DNA of 64,000 nt from a phage. The stretch lies in NCBI GenBank assembly GCA_024614665.1, contig GCA_024614665.1_4861.1; one strand, 5' to 3'. Each line of letters begins with the position of its first letter. The first letter of the stretch is position 1. The notes beneath the pieces are model-generated. The model searched no databases. It was not told the DNA's origin and saw only the letters and a program-made list of their open reading frames with translations. Of this stretch, positions 9,801-17,593 are shown piece by piece. Position numbers and translations under genes: made by a program.

Positions 9801-9854
9801 CGACATCGCATAGTTCAACGCATGTCGTTTAGCAGAGATTTTAAATTTGCGCAT
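6837..9854 (-). CDS. large Trp/Tyr/Gly-rich protein, 1005 aa; possibly alpha/alpha-toroid glycoside hydrolase or lyase-like
   Basis: 1005-aa ORF; composition and helix-rich N- and C-terminal segments suggest a carbohydrate-active enzyme; follows small fiber-like paralogs; hairpin terminator downstream. Confidence 0.6.
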   Translation of the reverse strand: MRKFKISAKRHALNYAMSLAYGHQDFVRRNTGLTNDAHNDHYLINPEGVLSNNRHFIADSMAVYQPNGDATTEGQSLLIIGYCHMYIATKNQMWLDAAIRAWEAYATYYYAGQAIPESPQRWICNWLVNGKEPVLSDYPVHPTEPTHGGYKCVPVTFTNGRCQIPQGAPFFGEYLNNFFSAHRGHPTWGAVNADVQKIKESEDGLIDWSKVPDYLITNPEKPYDVKAWVDWNRMLNDPTGYTPIWGGSTSKGPRYEPDWFVVWTGEKVQDGEVIESGLPDAQKGTVQLKDTSINGVYLINYASQVPVEHGGYLFDRNEPWHNRPVHTPLKGSVNQMGNAADAEVWFIDACYLLWRITGEPRYKTALDSVFYTAHEYTYIDAKDKFFRRSKLAETPFTDGISYDYKYPSTVEVAYSRDENGDIVFRSEKAVQNFMEQQAVRFRINSQSKLRVTYGGVCDNGDALACKVMVDINPVKADTEEVNWYGCTLPGSTSMEVEQHDIGLGHLARMTNPVNGEDYIIADARACSDYGGCTWQEKFESNIYDGRSGTIVEALFPNDDAGFIIGFWLTDAGVAPPQSIVYRADADFNFRFEDTNKWRWWWMLPATNGEWKQVIIRPEDATLSGYQPDHDTDVETKPSAPNYTTIDQVTILPDSAVENAHFSWYCVNDVPPLFNADDGWTLTFRIAIRGGSAFTGKVGDCTIKDYRLDSLAYCPGTIPFSNIYSEGTYQLGAWHGMPYPGYQYPFMYTIHTDDRYKVWLLNQIRFMHDSQTNYQAQLGELGPGCAAYIWNRWDNYTYGPADTWTTFHWGDGHPWAGYQPRAYNAAARCWYELVVRGKEVPPELVEYVENWAKWLVGFLDRFDNHTPNEFPTAPNKPVWVENDFTAHMCALWIAGSAYAAMAGCTVEGLSRIMDMGMKEMGDNFTVTDIPGKAINGAWSPWANPTTDNGQAFGFYTGEAMRAIGLYLLYKEHGPGHDIYRDLAIPDHTTASLDITFTIPDDPLETN

Positions 9855-9857
9855 GGC

Positions 9858-10328
9858 TTAGTATCCTGTTCCGCAAATGGCCCCTTTCCAGGTTGTACCG
9901 CCATCCGTAGATGACAAAGACAACACATCCTCGGCGTCTAGCGTGTACGATAACGGAGGTTCTGCACCGTTAGGCCATTTAACCGAAGCCGGCCAGGTGA
10001 TTTTGTTTGCACCGGTACCCTGACGTAGCGTCAGTAATAACTCATATCGCGTACCCGGAACAGGGTCGGTAATAGGTGTGATAGAAAGCGCAGTGGTGGG
10101 GTCACCTAAACGGATAATGAAGTCGTCCGCAATATTGGGATCTATTTCAACGATACCGTCAGCACCGGATAAGTTTTGGATAGGGTTTGCATCTGCCCCG
10201 CCGCCGATTTCACTGAGAGGAAGTTTGTACTCCTTTTCATCAACGCTAATAAGCGCTACTGCGCTCGACTTATCACCGTCGTAAGAATCGAGTTCATGCA
10301 AACGTTTCTTTTTGACTACAGTTGCCAT
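9858..10328 (-). CDS. hypothetical beta-rich structural-like protein, 156 aa
   Basis: ORF track; stop 3 nt before start of the 1005-aa gene. Confidence 0.55.
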   Translation of the reverse strand: MATVVKKKRLHELDSYDGDKSSAVALISVDEKEYKLPLSEIGGGADANPIQNLSGADGIVEIDPNIADDFIIRLGDPTTALSITPITDPVPGTRYELLLTLRQGTGANKITWPASVKWPNGAEPPLSYTLDAEDVLSLSSTDGGTTWKGAICGTGY

Positions 10329-10861
10329 TATGCATCGTCTCCGTAGGTTAACACTGCATCATCACCGATGCATAAAACAGTTTCTTCATCCAGACTTGCC
10401 ACAGCTTCTTTTTCATTAAACGCCGTGAATGTAAAGGTAGCCGTCCAAGCCGGTGAATCGTCACTCATCGGTGCAATCAACGGCTCGTTTGTTGGTGTAA
10501 TAACCCCAGTCGAGATGTCTTCACGTGACAAGTTTAAACCGCACAACTGGTTTACAACCGTCGCTAAATCAGCATAGGTGTCGCCGGGAGCTACAGTAAC
10601 CAGTATCGGTCCTTGCGGGTCGATAATCTTATTAGCGACTAGACGGTCGTAATAGACGGTAACTTTCTTGCCGTTAGGTTTACGTGCTTTCGCAATGTAC
10701 GCTTGCGAGGTACGGGCACTTTCAACACCTAAGTCGATTGGCCCTACTCCGCTTATCACAATCTCGTCAGGCGATAATGACAAGCCGTTATCGTGATTAA
10801 TTAACGCCACGACAAGCGCTTTCGACGAGAGTGTTAGGTCGGGCTGATAGCGGTCTGCCAT
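10328..10861 (-). CDS. hypothetical structural-like protein, about 177 aa; shares ..LAT.VN.L.GLNLS..DI motif with 66..908 and 919..1716
   Basis: ORF; ATG at 10859-10861 with GGAGG 7 nt upstream. Confidence 0.55.
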   Translation of the reverse strand: MADRYQPDLTLSSKALVVALINHDNGLSLSPDEIVISGVGPIDLGVESARTSQAYIAKARKPNGKKVTVYYDRLVANKIIDPQGPILVTVAPGDTYADLATVVNQLCGLNLSREDISTGVITPTNEPLIAPMSDDSPAWTATFTFTAFNEKEAVASLDEETVLCIGDDAVLTYGDDA

Positions 10862-10897
10862 TAACGCCTCCAGAAACAAAAAAATAAGCTACCACAC

Positions 10898-10925
10898 ATA
10901 TGATCGTGTGGTAGCCTACTCGTAC
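10898..10925 (-). terminator. hairpin terminator
   Basis: CTACCACAC-loop-GTGTGGTAG followed by a U7 run on the minus strand. Confidence 0.55.
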
Positions 10926-10929
10926 GCCG

Positions 10930-11325
10930 TTAGTGTAGTGTAGCGCTGTGCACCACAGTTAACCCGCGACGTTTGATCTCATCCGCGATGGATTGCAACA
11001 GCTTATCGTAACCCACCTTTACAAATTCAGGTAAGCCACGGTCAACCATCTCCATCTCGGTGATTTCTTCACGGAAAACTTGACAACAGCCTTCTAAATA
11101 ACGTTTAGCTTCTGTCACGTCATCGACATACCGCGCATAACTCAGGGCGATCGCGTAACCTTCTGCAATAAACGCATACTTCATGAAGACTTCTGGGTCG
11201 AGTTCTTCAACTGCCACGTCTAGACGTGAAGCGGTCTGACGTACAGAGTTACGTAATGATTCAGAAAACAGTGTAGTCGTAACCATATCCTGATTGGGAA
11301 CGGTTTTAGGCATAATCAATTTCAC
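10930..11325 (-). CDS. hypothetical protein, 131 aa
   Basis: ORF track; hairpin terminator at 10898..10925 downstream. Confidence 0.55.
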   Translation of the reverse strand: MKLIMPKTVPNQDMVTTTLFSESLRNSVRQTASRLDVAVEELDPEVFMKYAFIAEGYAIALSYARYVDDVTEAKRYLEGCCQVFREEITEMEMVDRGLPEFVKVGYDKLLQSIADEIKRRGLTVVHSATLH

Positions 11326-11336
11326 GATGACTCTCC

Positions 11337-11720
11337 TTACGATAACTCGCCCATGTAAATTACTTCATAACCGAACCACTCACCGATATCAATAAGGTAA
11401 GAAACTAGCAAGTGGCGATGACAGAATTTCCCCGGTGGGCAATAGCACATTAGTACGACCTCGCCCTGGCGGAGAATCTCTATCAACTTATCAGTGTCTT
11501 CATCAAACAACCGACTAAGTTTCTGCAGGTAGCGTTTGGTATACGCAGCTTCTGCGTCGGGGCCTTTGTCAGACTTCTTGTAGTCCATCAGAAAGTCCCA
11601 GTCAGGTGCCAAATATTTCAGCCCCGACTTAACCGTTATATCCAGCTTTGGCAAATTCCGTTTTTCAGCTATCCGCCACTTCGCCAGTTGGAGCGTCCAC
11701 AGCTTTACATGCTTTGGCAT
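11337..11720 (-). CDS. small protein with C-x-C-x5-C-H-R motif, tentatively DUF488/YeaO-like
   Basis: Pattern K.LAP..(gap)RY..L..(gap)VVLMCYCPPGKFCHRHLL parallels the DUF488 family as I recall it; start ATG at 11720 overlaps the 3' end of the PP-loop gene. Confidence 0.45.
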   Translation of the reverse strand: MPKHVKLWTLQLAKWRIAEKRNLPKLDITVKSGLKYLAPDWDFLMDYKKSDKGPDAEAAYTKRYLQKLSRLFDEDTDKLIEILRQGEVVLMCYCPPGKFCHRHLLVSYLIDIGEWFGYEVIYMGELS

Positions 11721-12672
11721 TATTCGCTCTCTCTTTTTCTTTCTCCTGAAGCGCTTTAAAATGCGGTGCATATTCGCACCACTCTTCTGCTGTAAATGAC
11801 GTGATAAACAGTCTTTCGGTATCTTCGGTTACCGTAAAGGTTGTGTGATTTCTTTTCGGGTCCTTAAAGTTAGCAAAAGTCGGTACGTCCAAACCCATAG
11901 CAGAAATAGCACCACCAAGAGCAGAGCACCATACCCGTCTGTAAGCATCGTTGATTTTAATCTCCCATCCCACAGACGGTGTAATACCAAGACTACGATA
12001 ATTCTGCGACTTTGCCGACGGATGGGCATAAACGATGAGCATGTTATTCTCACGGTCTATCGCGAATTCGTAGTTGTTGTAGTTACTGACCTGCACCAAT
12101 CTACGAATGTCTTCCGGCAACTCCTGCCACATTTCCAGTTTCTCTTTATCCCACGCAGGTGTTAGAAGCGGTGGAACGCGGCCGGCATGATCTTGGAAAT
12201 ACATCAGTTCGCTATAAAGGTTCTTTAAGCGAGCGTACTCGTCTAATGTCCAATCTCCCAGCTCTAGACTATTCTCCAACGCATCTAGCTTATTCCAGCC
12301 AACAACTGCATAGGCGTGGTGCTGTTTGCGTGTAATGTCGCACATCAGTTTAGCGAGGCCGTTAACAACATTGCCTTGCTGAACCAGAGGCGACCAGCCG
12401 TTAGCGTAGCCGGCGCTAACGACAGGCGGAAAGTTCTCTTCCCCGAGCACCGCCCATGTAACACGATCGGTTTGTGCGTGGTATCTGTCCATTAACCGTT
12501 CAACAATGGCCACACTACAAAGAATTTCCATGAAGTTCGCGTTACCTCCATTCCACATGGAGAAATATGCAGGACGGACATGTCGCGCTTCATTGGCCGG
12601 TGCTTTGCACAACAGCTGATACATTATCCAGGTGGAATCCAACCCTGCTGAAAACGAAACAAGCTTTGTCAT
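11665..12672 (-). CDS. PP-loop ATP pyrophosphatase superfamily protein (PAPS reductase / QueC-like), about 335 aa
   Basis: N-terminal SFSAGLDST matches the SGGxDS PP-loop motif; ATG at 12670-12672 overlaps stop of upstream gene (ATGA). Confidence 0.6.
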   Translation of the reverse strand: MTKLVSFSAGLDSTWIMYQLLCKAPANEARHVRPAYFSMWNGGNANFMEILCSVAIVERLMDRYHAQTDRVTWAVLGEENFPPVVSAGYANGWSPLVQQGNVVNGLAKLMCDITRKQHHAYAVVGWNKLDALENSLELGDWTLDEYARLKNLYSELMYFQDHAGRVPPLLTPAWDKEKLEMWQELPEDIRRLVQVSNYNNYEFAIDRENNMLIVYAHPSAKSQNYRSLGITPSVGWEIKINDAYRRVWCSALGGAISAMGLDVPTFANFKDPKRNHTTFTVTEDTERLFITSFTAEEWCEYAPHFKALQEKEKERANNAKACKAVDAPTGEVADS

Positions 12673-13154
12673 TGTTTCACCGTATGTAGAAATTGATAAC
12701 GTGGGGTTTCTTCTGCCACAACATCGAAAGATGGGATGCAAACAATCTTCCCATATCCATCGAGTTCTATACGTGGAGAAATCGTGATGGTGCCTGCACG
12801 CATCACTTCAATCGCTAACGCTTTGAGTGGGCCGTGTGGTGTGAATTCACCGCGGAGTTGAAAGTAACCATCGACAACGCCATAGCAGACGTTCGATACA
12901 TAACCGCAAACGCGTACGAGTTCAATACAACGTATCCGATCAATGGCGGCCTTTACTTCCCCGAACGATTGACACGGTTTAATCACAGGCGCGTCGAATT
13001 CACAGAAAACGTGTCCGCGACGTAATGCTAACGATATCGTTTCGTCGGGACGGGCCGAGTCTTTAAATTCGTCGCACGGTATAGACAGTATCAGTCCACT
13101 CGCGGATGCCACGGTTTGTGCGGGTATTTCCTTAACCTCGGTTTGTAGTTTCAT
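12669..13154 (-). CDS. hypothetical Cys-containing protein, 161 aa
   Basis: ORF track; translationally coupled to the PP-loop gene. Confidence 0.55.
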   Translation of the reverse strand: MKLQTEVKEIPAQTVASASGLILSIPCDEFKDSARPDETISLALRRGHVFCEFDAPVIKPCQSFGEVKAAIDRIRCIELVRVCGYVSNVCYGVVDGYFQLRGEFTPHGPLKALAIEVMRAGTITISPRIELDGYGKIVCIPSFDVVAEETPRYQFLHTVKQ

Positions 13155-13158
13155 TTAT

Positions 13159-13245
13159 TCACTCGATAATTAATGGGGTTAAAATCAAATCCATGTAACC
13201 TAGGGTCAATAGCGCCACTATCTCAATCGGCGTTAAATTCTCCAT
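13159..13245 (-). CDS. possible 28-aa hydrophobic micro-protein (MENLTPIEIVALLTLGYMDLILTPLIIE)
   Basis: ATG overlaps stop of upstream gene (TAATG); AGAGGA SD 6-8 nt upstream; not in ORF track (under 60 aa). Confidence 0.25.
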   Translation of the reverse strand: MENLTPIEIVALLTLGYMDLILTPLIIE

Positions 13246-13454
13246 TAATTTTCCTCTTTGAGTATCATGGCAACCGCTTTACGACACGCATCCACCGCAT
13301 CAGGATAAGTGTCACTGTTCGGGTCTACTCGATCAATGCACATCCTAAACGTGCTGGTTGCGGCCTCTCGACGTTCTGCAGTACGAGTGCTGGTACTGAT
13401 TGCGATATAAATACAAAACAGCACCGCCGCGGCGATAGGCCAACGTAAGTTCAT
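13245..13454 (-). CDS. small membrane protein, 69 aa (one predicted TM helix)
   Basis: ORF track; hydrophobic stretch PIAAAVLFCIYIAI. Confidence 0.45.
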   Translation of the reverse strand: MNLRWPIAAAVLFCIYIAISTSTRTAERREAATSTFRMCIDRVDPNSDTYPDAVDACRKAVAMILKEEN

Positions 13455-14152
13455 CAGTAATCCCCCGTTGCCCCTATCGCAGTCGCTACTTTACTGGCAA
13501 CCTCGTCAACCGGAAGCACCACCTCGTCTTTCTTGCTCACAATCTCTGGTACTTCTTTGACATGTTCAACGGTCACGTCAAACTTCCGAGTATAACCGAC
13601 AAGTAACTTTGCCATATCTGCACGACTAACGAACTGTTGTTCTTCCGACAGATGTAACGACGTATCAAGTAGTCCAGAATGCATGAAGTTTTCAATGAGC
13701 TGGTCTTCTTCCGCTTTGAAGTCGTATCGCTCGTTCGGTGCAGCCACAAATGCATAACCGAAATACTTCCCCTCTTCCTGTTCAGGGCGTAACGATTTAA
13801 CTAACTCCTCAGCGTGTTCGCAGAAGTCCGCCAAAGTATAATCGTCAAGTGTGGCAACTGCGGTTTCTGTTACAATTTCACCGGTGTCGAGTTCAGTGAG
13901 GTGCATCACCCAAAGATGCCATGGTCGCGGTTGGTCGAACAGCCCACCGACTAACATATCTGTGGCGATAGCACGAATACGAGGACTTGCCGTAAAGTGA
14001 AAACCACGGCCCGCGTACGGCCCGAGGCGACGAATCGAACTGCCGATAAACGTGATACGATTCAGAGCGTTTTCAGCGACGGTGTGTGCCGTACGTTCTG
14101 TGGCAACTTTCGGGTTATACTTTTTGTTACGGGGTTTCTTTTGCTTAGCCAT
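13454..14152 (-). CDS. hypothetical protein, 232 aa
   Basis: ORF track; start overlaps upstream stop. Confidence 0.55.
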   Translation of the reverse strand: MAKQKKPRNKKYNPKVATERTAHTVAENALNRITFIGSSIRRLGPYAGRGFHFTASPRIRAIATDMLVGGLFDQPRPWHLWVMHLTELDTGEIVTETAVATLDDYTLADFCEHAEELVKSLRPEQEEGKYFGYAFVAAPNERYDFKAEEDQLIENFMHSGLLDTSLHLSEEQQFVSRADMAKLLVGYTRKFDVTVEHVKEVPEIVSKKDEVVLPVDEVASKVATAIGATGDY

Positions 14153-14622
14153 TAGTTAAAAACCTTTTTGCAAACTGTGTGGAATACTTTACGAATTTCA
14201 CGAAGGGATTGTTCGGTGTGCAGATAACGATACGTTATCTTCCACGCGTTATACGTGTTTTTCAGGGTGATTTCGCTGAGGTCATAAACGAAATCATCAT
14301 CAGGGTACATGAGTCTCGCCATGGATAAATCCCACAATGGTGGAATATCCGCTTTCATTAACTCAGCAACTAGCTCATGCGCTTTGTGCTCAAAGCCAAC
14401 ACCAAGAACAAACACTACATGGAATTCCCCTGGCGAGTTCTTTTTAGAATATGGTCCGTGTCCATGACATGACCACATTGTCGTCGCGCCGGGGTAACGG
14501 CAAATAACTTCACACGCATCCCGTACCCCACGCTCGACCCAACCGTTTACGAGCGCTTCGGATGCCCGTAGTTTAAACCGATCCAAAACTTTCAGATCCA
14601 CGCCACCGTATAAAACTGGCAT
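14152..14622 (-). CDS. hypothetical protein, 156 aa (contains CHGHG)
   Basis: ORF with CTTAAGGAG SD before ATG. Confidence 0.55.
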   Translation of the reverse strand: MPVLYGGVDLKVLDRFKLRASEALVNGWVERGVRDACEVICRYPGATTMWSCHGHGPYSKKNSPGEFHVVFVLGVGFEHKAHELVAELMKADIPPLWDLSMARLMYPDDDFVYDLSEITLKNTYNAWKITYRYLHTEQSLREIRKVFHTVCKKVFN

Positions 14623-14650
14623 CTTTAATTCTCCTTAAGGGTGTCTTCAT

Positions 14651-15103
14651 TTAATGGTTGTGTTCTGTAAAAATTGCGAGTGCGAGCCAGTGCTCCATCA
14701 CGCTTTCCATCACATCTGGGTCAGGCCGATAGTTGAGTCTAAACGTCCAGCTCGGATAACAGAGATTTGCATTGCCTTCGTGACGCAGCCAACTAAAGTT
14801 TAACTGAAAACGTTTCCCGTATTCATGCGGCTGCCATCCTTCTAATAAACGATTAATGTCTTTAAGACCCGCTTCGGTGGCCACAAATGTTAAGCTGTGG
14901 TGTCTACGTGTACGTAGCTTGTCTCCATCTTTGCGAACTTCTCCCGTAAATGCCCAAACAGTTGCGATATTCGGCCATTCGCTAAATGCCCTAATAATTG
15001 CACGCGTTTTAACATCGACTGGTTTTTCAGCATCCAGCGCCCGGATTGTGCGCTGCTTGTACGCGGCCAATTCCGCATCATTGACGACTGAACATTGAAA
15101 CAT
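14651..15103 (-). CDS. hypothetical protein, 150 aa
   Basis: ORF track. Confidence 0.55.
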   Translation of the reverse strand: MFQCSVVNDAELAAYKQRTIRALDAEKPVDVKTRAIIRAFSEWPNIATVWAFTGEVRKDGDKLRTRRHHSLTFVATEAGLKDINRLLEGWQPHEYGKRFQLNFSWLRHEGNANLCYPSWTFRLNYRPDPDVMESVMEHWLALAIFTEHNH

Positions 15104-15136
15104 GGTATACCCCCAAAGGGTTAAAAATAAAAAGAA

Positions 15137-15163
15137 CCCTACCTAACCGAAGTTAGGTAGGGG
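15137..15163 (-). terminator. UUCG-loop hairpin terminator
   Basis: CCCTACCTAAC-CGAA-GTTAGGTAGGG then U-rich tract; downstream of 15169..15474. Confidence 0.65.
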
Positions 15164-15168
15164 ACTAT

Positions 15169-15474
15169 TTAAGCGACAACGCGTTTGCGTTTATCGACGA
15201 CTTTCTTGGTTGCTTTCGCTACCTTCTTAGCGGCAGGGATGGTATCAACCGGGGTGTCGGCTACCAAGGCACGTTCTACGCCGTCTGCGCGTAGAACACG
15301 CAGATTCTTCGCCTGTGGTAAACCTTTGAAAGTGATGGTCAAACCCGCGCGGAGACCTTGATACAGAAACCCTTGCAGGTTCAGTTTCTTGGCGGTTGTG
15401 GTGTCCTCACAACCTTTCTCCACGTACAGCAGAGTTGTACCTGCACGTTTAACAATAGTGTATTGCTTAGCCAT
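15169..15474 (-). CDS. small basic protein, 101 aa, possible nucleic-acid-binding
   Basis: Stand-alone gene between class-2 promoter motif and strong hairpin/U-tract terminator; Lys-rich C-terminus. Confidence 0.6.
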   Translation of the reverse strand: MAKQYTIVKRAGTTLLYVEKGCEDTTTAKKLNLQGFLYQGLRAGLTITFKGLPQAKNLRVLRADGVERALVADTPVDTIPAAKKVAKATKKVVDKRKRVVA

Positions 15475-15509
15475 CTACTTTTTCCTTTCTTTACAGTTAG
15501 GTTCAGTAA

Positions 15510-15528
15510 AATAACATCTATCTGAAAA
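15510..15528 (-). promoter_or_regulatory. class-2 promoter-like motif
   Basis: mRNA sense TTTTCAGATAGATGTTATT; upstream of small basic protein gene. Confidence 0.45.
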
Positions 15529-15566
15529 GTCGTGCGTTAAACCACCAACTCTAAGCGCACATACTA

Positions 15567-15884
15567 TCAGTGGGGTTTAGGCTCGACGTGAAGCTGCCCT
15601 GGGGTATACGCGGTACCTTTTTCATTGGTTGTGTTAGCAACGCACCACATCCACTGTTTAGTTTCTTTGTCTTGCCAAGAAAACAAGATAGAACCCTCGC
15701 GGATTTCAGACGCATCAACTTCGGGATGGAATAACATGAATTCGTTTTCATCGTTGTCCACCACGACATACTGTCCTTCTTCCATACGGTCGAAGTTAGC
15801 GACACCAACGGTAATCGGTTCCGCATCGACAGAAAGAGTCACTTCACGTTTTGGCAGGTCACGATGAATAGCACTTAACCACAT
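15567..15884 (-). CDS. hypothetical acidic protein, 105 aa
   Basis: ORF track. Confidence 0.5.
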   Translation of the reverse strand: MWLSAIHRDLPKREVTLSVDAEPITVGVANFDRMEEGQYVVVDNDENEFMLFHPEVDASEIREGSILFSWQDKETKQWMWCVANTTNEKGTAYTPGQLHVEPKPH

Positions 15885-15954
15885 TCTCTTAATTCCTCAT
15901 TACGTGGGTTGTTTCACATAAGTTAGTGGACTGATGTAAATAAAAAGGGACCCC

Positions 15955-15972
15955 CTTACCCATGGGCAAGGA
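15955..15972 (-). terminator. hairpin terminator
   Basis: Imperfect stem CCTTACCC/GGCAAGG followed by U-rich tract; downstream of 15981..16463. Confidence 0.4.
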
Positions 15973-15980
15973 GGTAGACC

Positions 15981-16463
15981 TTACAGTTGGTTTTCTTCGC
16001 GGTCGTCTGTCAGGACAGCAGCACAGATAAAGCGTGCGAGTTTCAATTTCGCAGCTGCAGTCTCCTCTGCAGATGGATTCGGGTCAACCGGCGCAGCCAA
16101 ATCGACGTCTGCCAGCTCTTCCGCGTATTTCTCAGCAGCTTCATCGAAGCCTGCACGGATACCTGCCAAAAGGTCTTGTACTTCATCGCTTGGCACAGGA
16201 CCATCGATAAGAATCTTCTGAGCGTCAGACGGTTCCACATCAGCAAAGTTCATTTCGTTTAACATGCCAATGCGTTCTGCGTTAGAGGTGATGAGTTGTG
16301 CCAACAGTTTTTCAAAACGGTTGATATGTTCATCGTCCAACGGTTGACCGGTCAGTAGCTCGTAGTAGCGGGCCATAAGTGTGTTCGCGTCGGCCCCTTC
16401 CTCATGACGCACGCCTAAATCAAAATCGTGCTGAGGGAGCTGACCTAATTCGATCATATCCAT
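15981..16463 (-). CDS. strongly acidic protein, about 160 aa
   Basis: ORF; ATG at 16461-16463 with GAGG SD; very high Asp/Glu content. Confidence 0.55.
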   Translation of the reverse strand: MDMIELGQLPQHDFDLGVRHEEGADANTLMARYYELLTGQPLDDEHINRFEKLLAQLITSNAERIGMLNEMNFADVEPSDAQKILIDGPVPSDEVQDLLAGIRAGFDEAAEKYAEELADVDLAAPVDPNPSAEETAAAKLKLARFICAAVLTDDREENQL

Positions 16464-16503
16464 AGTTAACCTCAACGGTGTTTAAGGGTCATACAATGGC
16501 GAA

Positions 16504-16782
16504 TTACGCCGTTACCGGAACAGGGGTGATTAACAGCTCCCCTTCCACCTCACGTAACTGATAACCGTGCATAACGTTGTAGGATTTAATGCCGTCGCGT
16601 TGTTTGGCTTTCGCGACGAGTTTTTCCAACACGCGACTATGTGCACGCGTCATCTCTTCTTTCGAATAAACAACTTGGAGTACGTGCTGTTCGTCAATAA
16701 CGGCACGGAACTGCATTACATCACCGTCTTCAACGTTGTAAACGACTTCTTTAGACTTCGACACTGTACGATTAATTTGCAT
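16504..16782 (-). CDS. hypothetical protein, about 92 aa
   Basis: ORF; ATG at 16780-16782 with GGAG SD. Confidence 0.5.
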   Translation of the reverse strand: MQINRTVSKSKEVVYNVEDGDVMQFRAVIDEQHVLQVVYSKEEMTRAHSRVLEKLVAKAKQRDGIKSYNVMHGYQLREVEGELLITPVPVTA

Positions 16783-17584
16783 TATTTTCTCCATTAGTAG
16801 TTTTCAGGGCACGTCCGTACACATAACTTTCGGGTAGCCAACCGTTTTCTAATAACCACATTGCGGCTGGCCCCCCAGTATATTGGTGGTAAGTGTAAAC
16901 TAATTCATCCCCCACCGGTAATTCAGACTGGATACAGTGCATCAACAGTCCGAACTCCTCTCGAGTTAGAGCAACCACCCCTTCTGCGGTAAACCATCCA
17001 CCAATAACCCATCGATGCCCACGGTGCGAAAGCACTGTCAACTTGTAGCTATCAGCGTTTCGCCACGACATCAGCCTCCCGCCCGTAACGAGCGTTGAGT
17101 AGATAGAGCTTGTACCGTAAAGCATCCTAACCCAATCCAAGAACGCTTTCTTACTATCGAACAACGAACTGACATCCCCACAGAAATCCTCATCGTGGCT
17201 AGGCACCGATGAATTAATTTTGCGATAGTTTACCGTTTCGCAACAAAAGCCCATGCGTCCATATTCGTCCCCCTCCGAACGAGTAAAATGCATCGCGTAG
17301 TTACACCCCGCTGAACGGAGTAAAGCATCCGCAAGCGAGGTTAACTGGGCGTCTAAAGCACGAACCATGTTGATAACTTCTAACATGTATCCGTGGTCCA
17401 GACAGAGCACGATCGCGTCTGGCGCAACTGTGTCCCGACTGAACACTTCAAAGATTCGGTAATAAAGACGACGTTCATCTTGTAACGTGGAAGGATCGAT
17501 ATCATTTAACAACGATAACGCCTTACGGTCTTCCAACCACGTTCGGTCCAGAATCCTCTCCGTGCGTTCGATAACTCTCAGCAT
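16772..17584 (-). CDS. hypothetical protein, 270 aa
   Basis: ORF track. Confidence 0.55.
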   Translation of the reverse strand: MLRVIERTERILDRTWLEDRKALSLLNDIDPSTLQDERRLYYRIFEVFSRDTVAPDAIVLCLDHGYMLEVINMVRALDAQLTSLADALLRSAGCNYAMHFTRSEGDEYGRMGFCCETVNYRKINSSVPSHDEDFCGDVSSLFDSKKAFLDWVRMLYGTSSIYSTLVTGGRLMSWRNADSYKLTVLSHRGHRWVIGGWFTAEGVVALTREEFGLLMHCIQSELPVGDELVYTYHQYTGGPAAMWLLENGWLPESYVYGRALKTTNGENNAN

Positions 17585-17593
17585 ATTCTCTCC

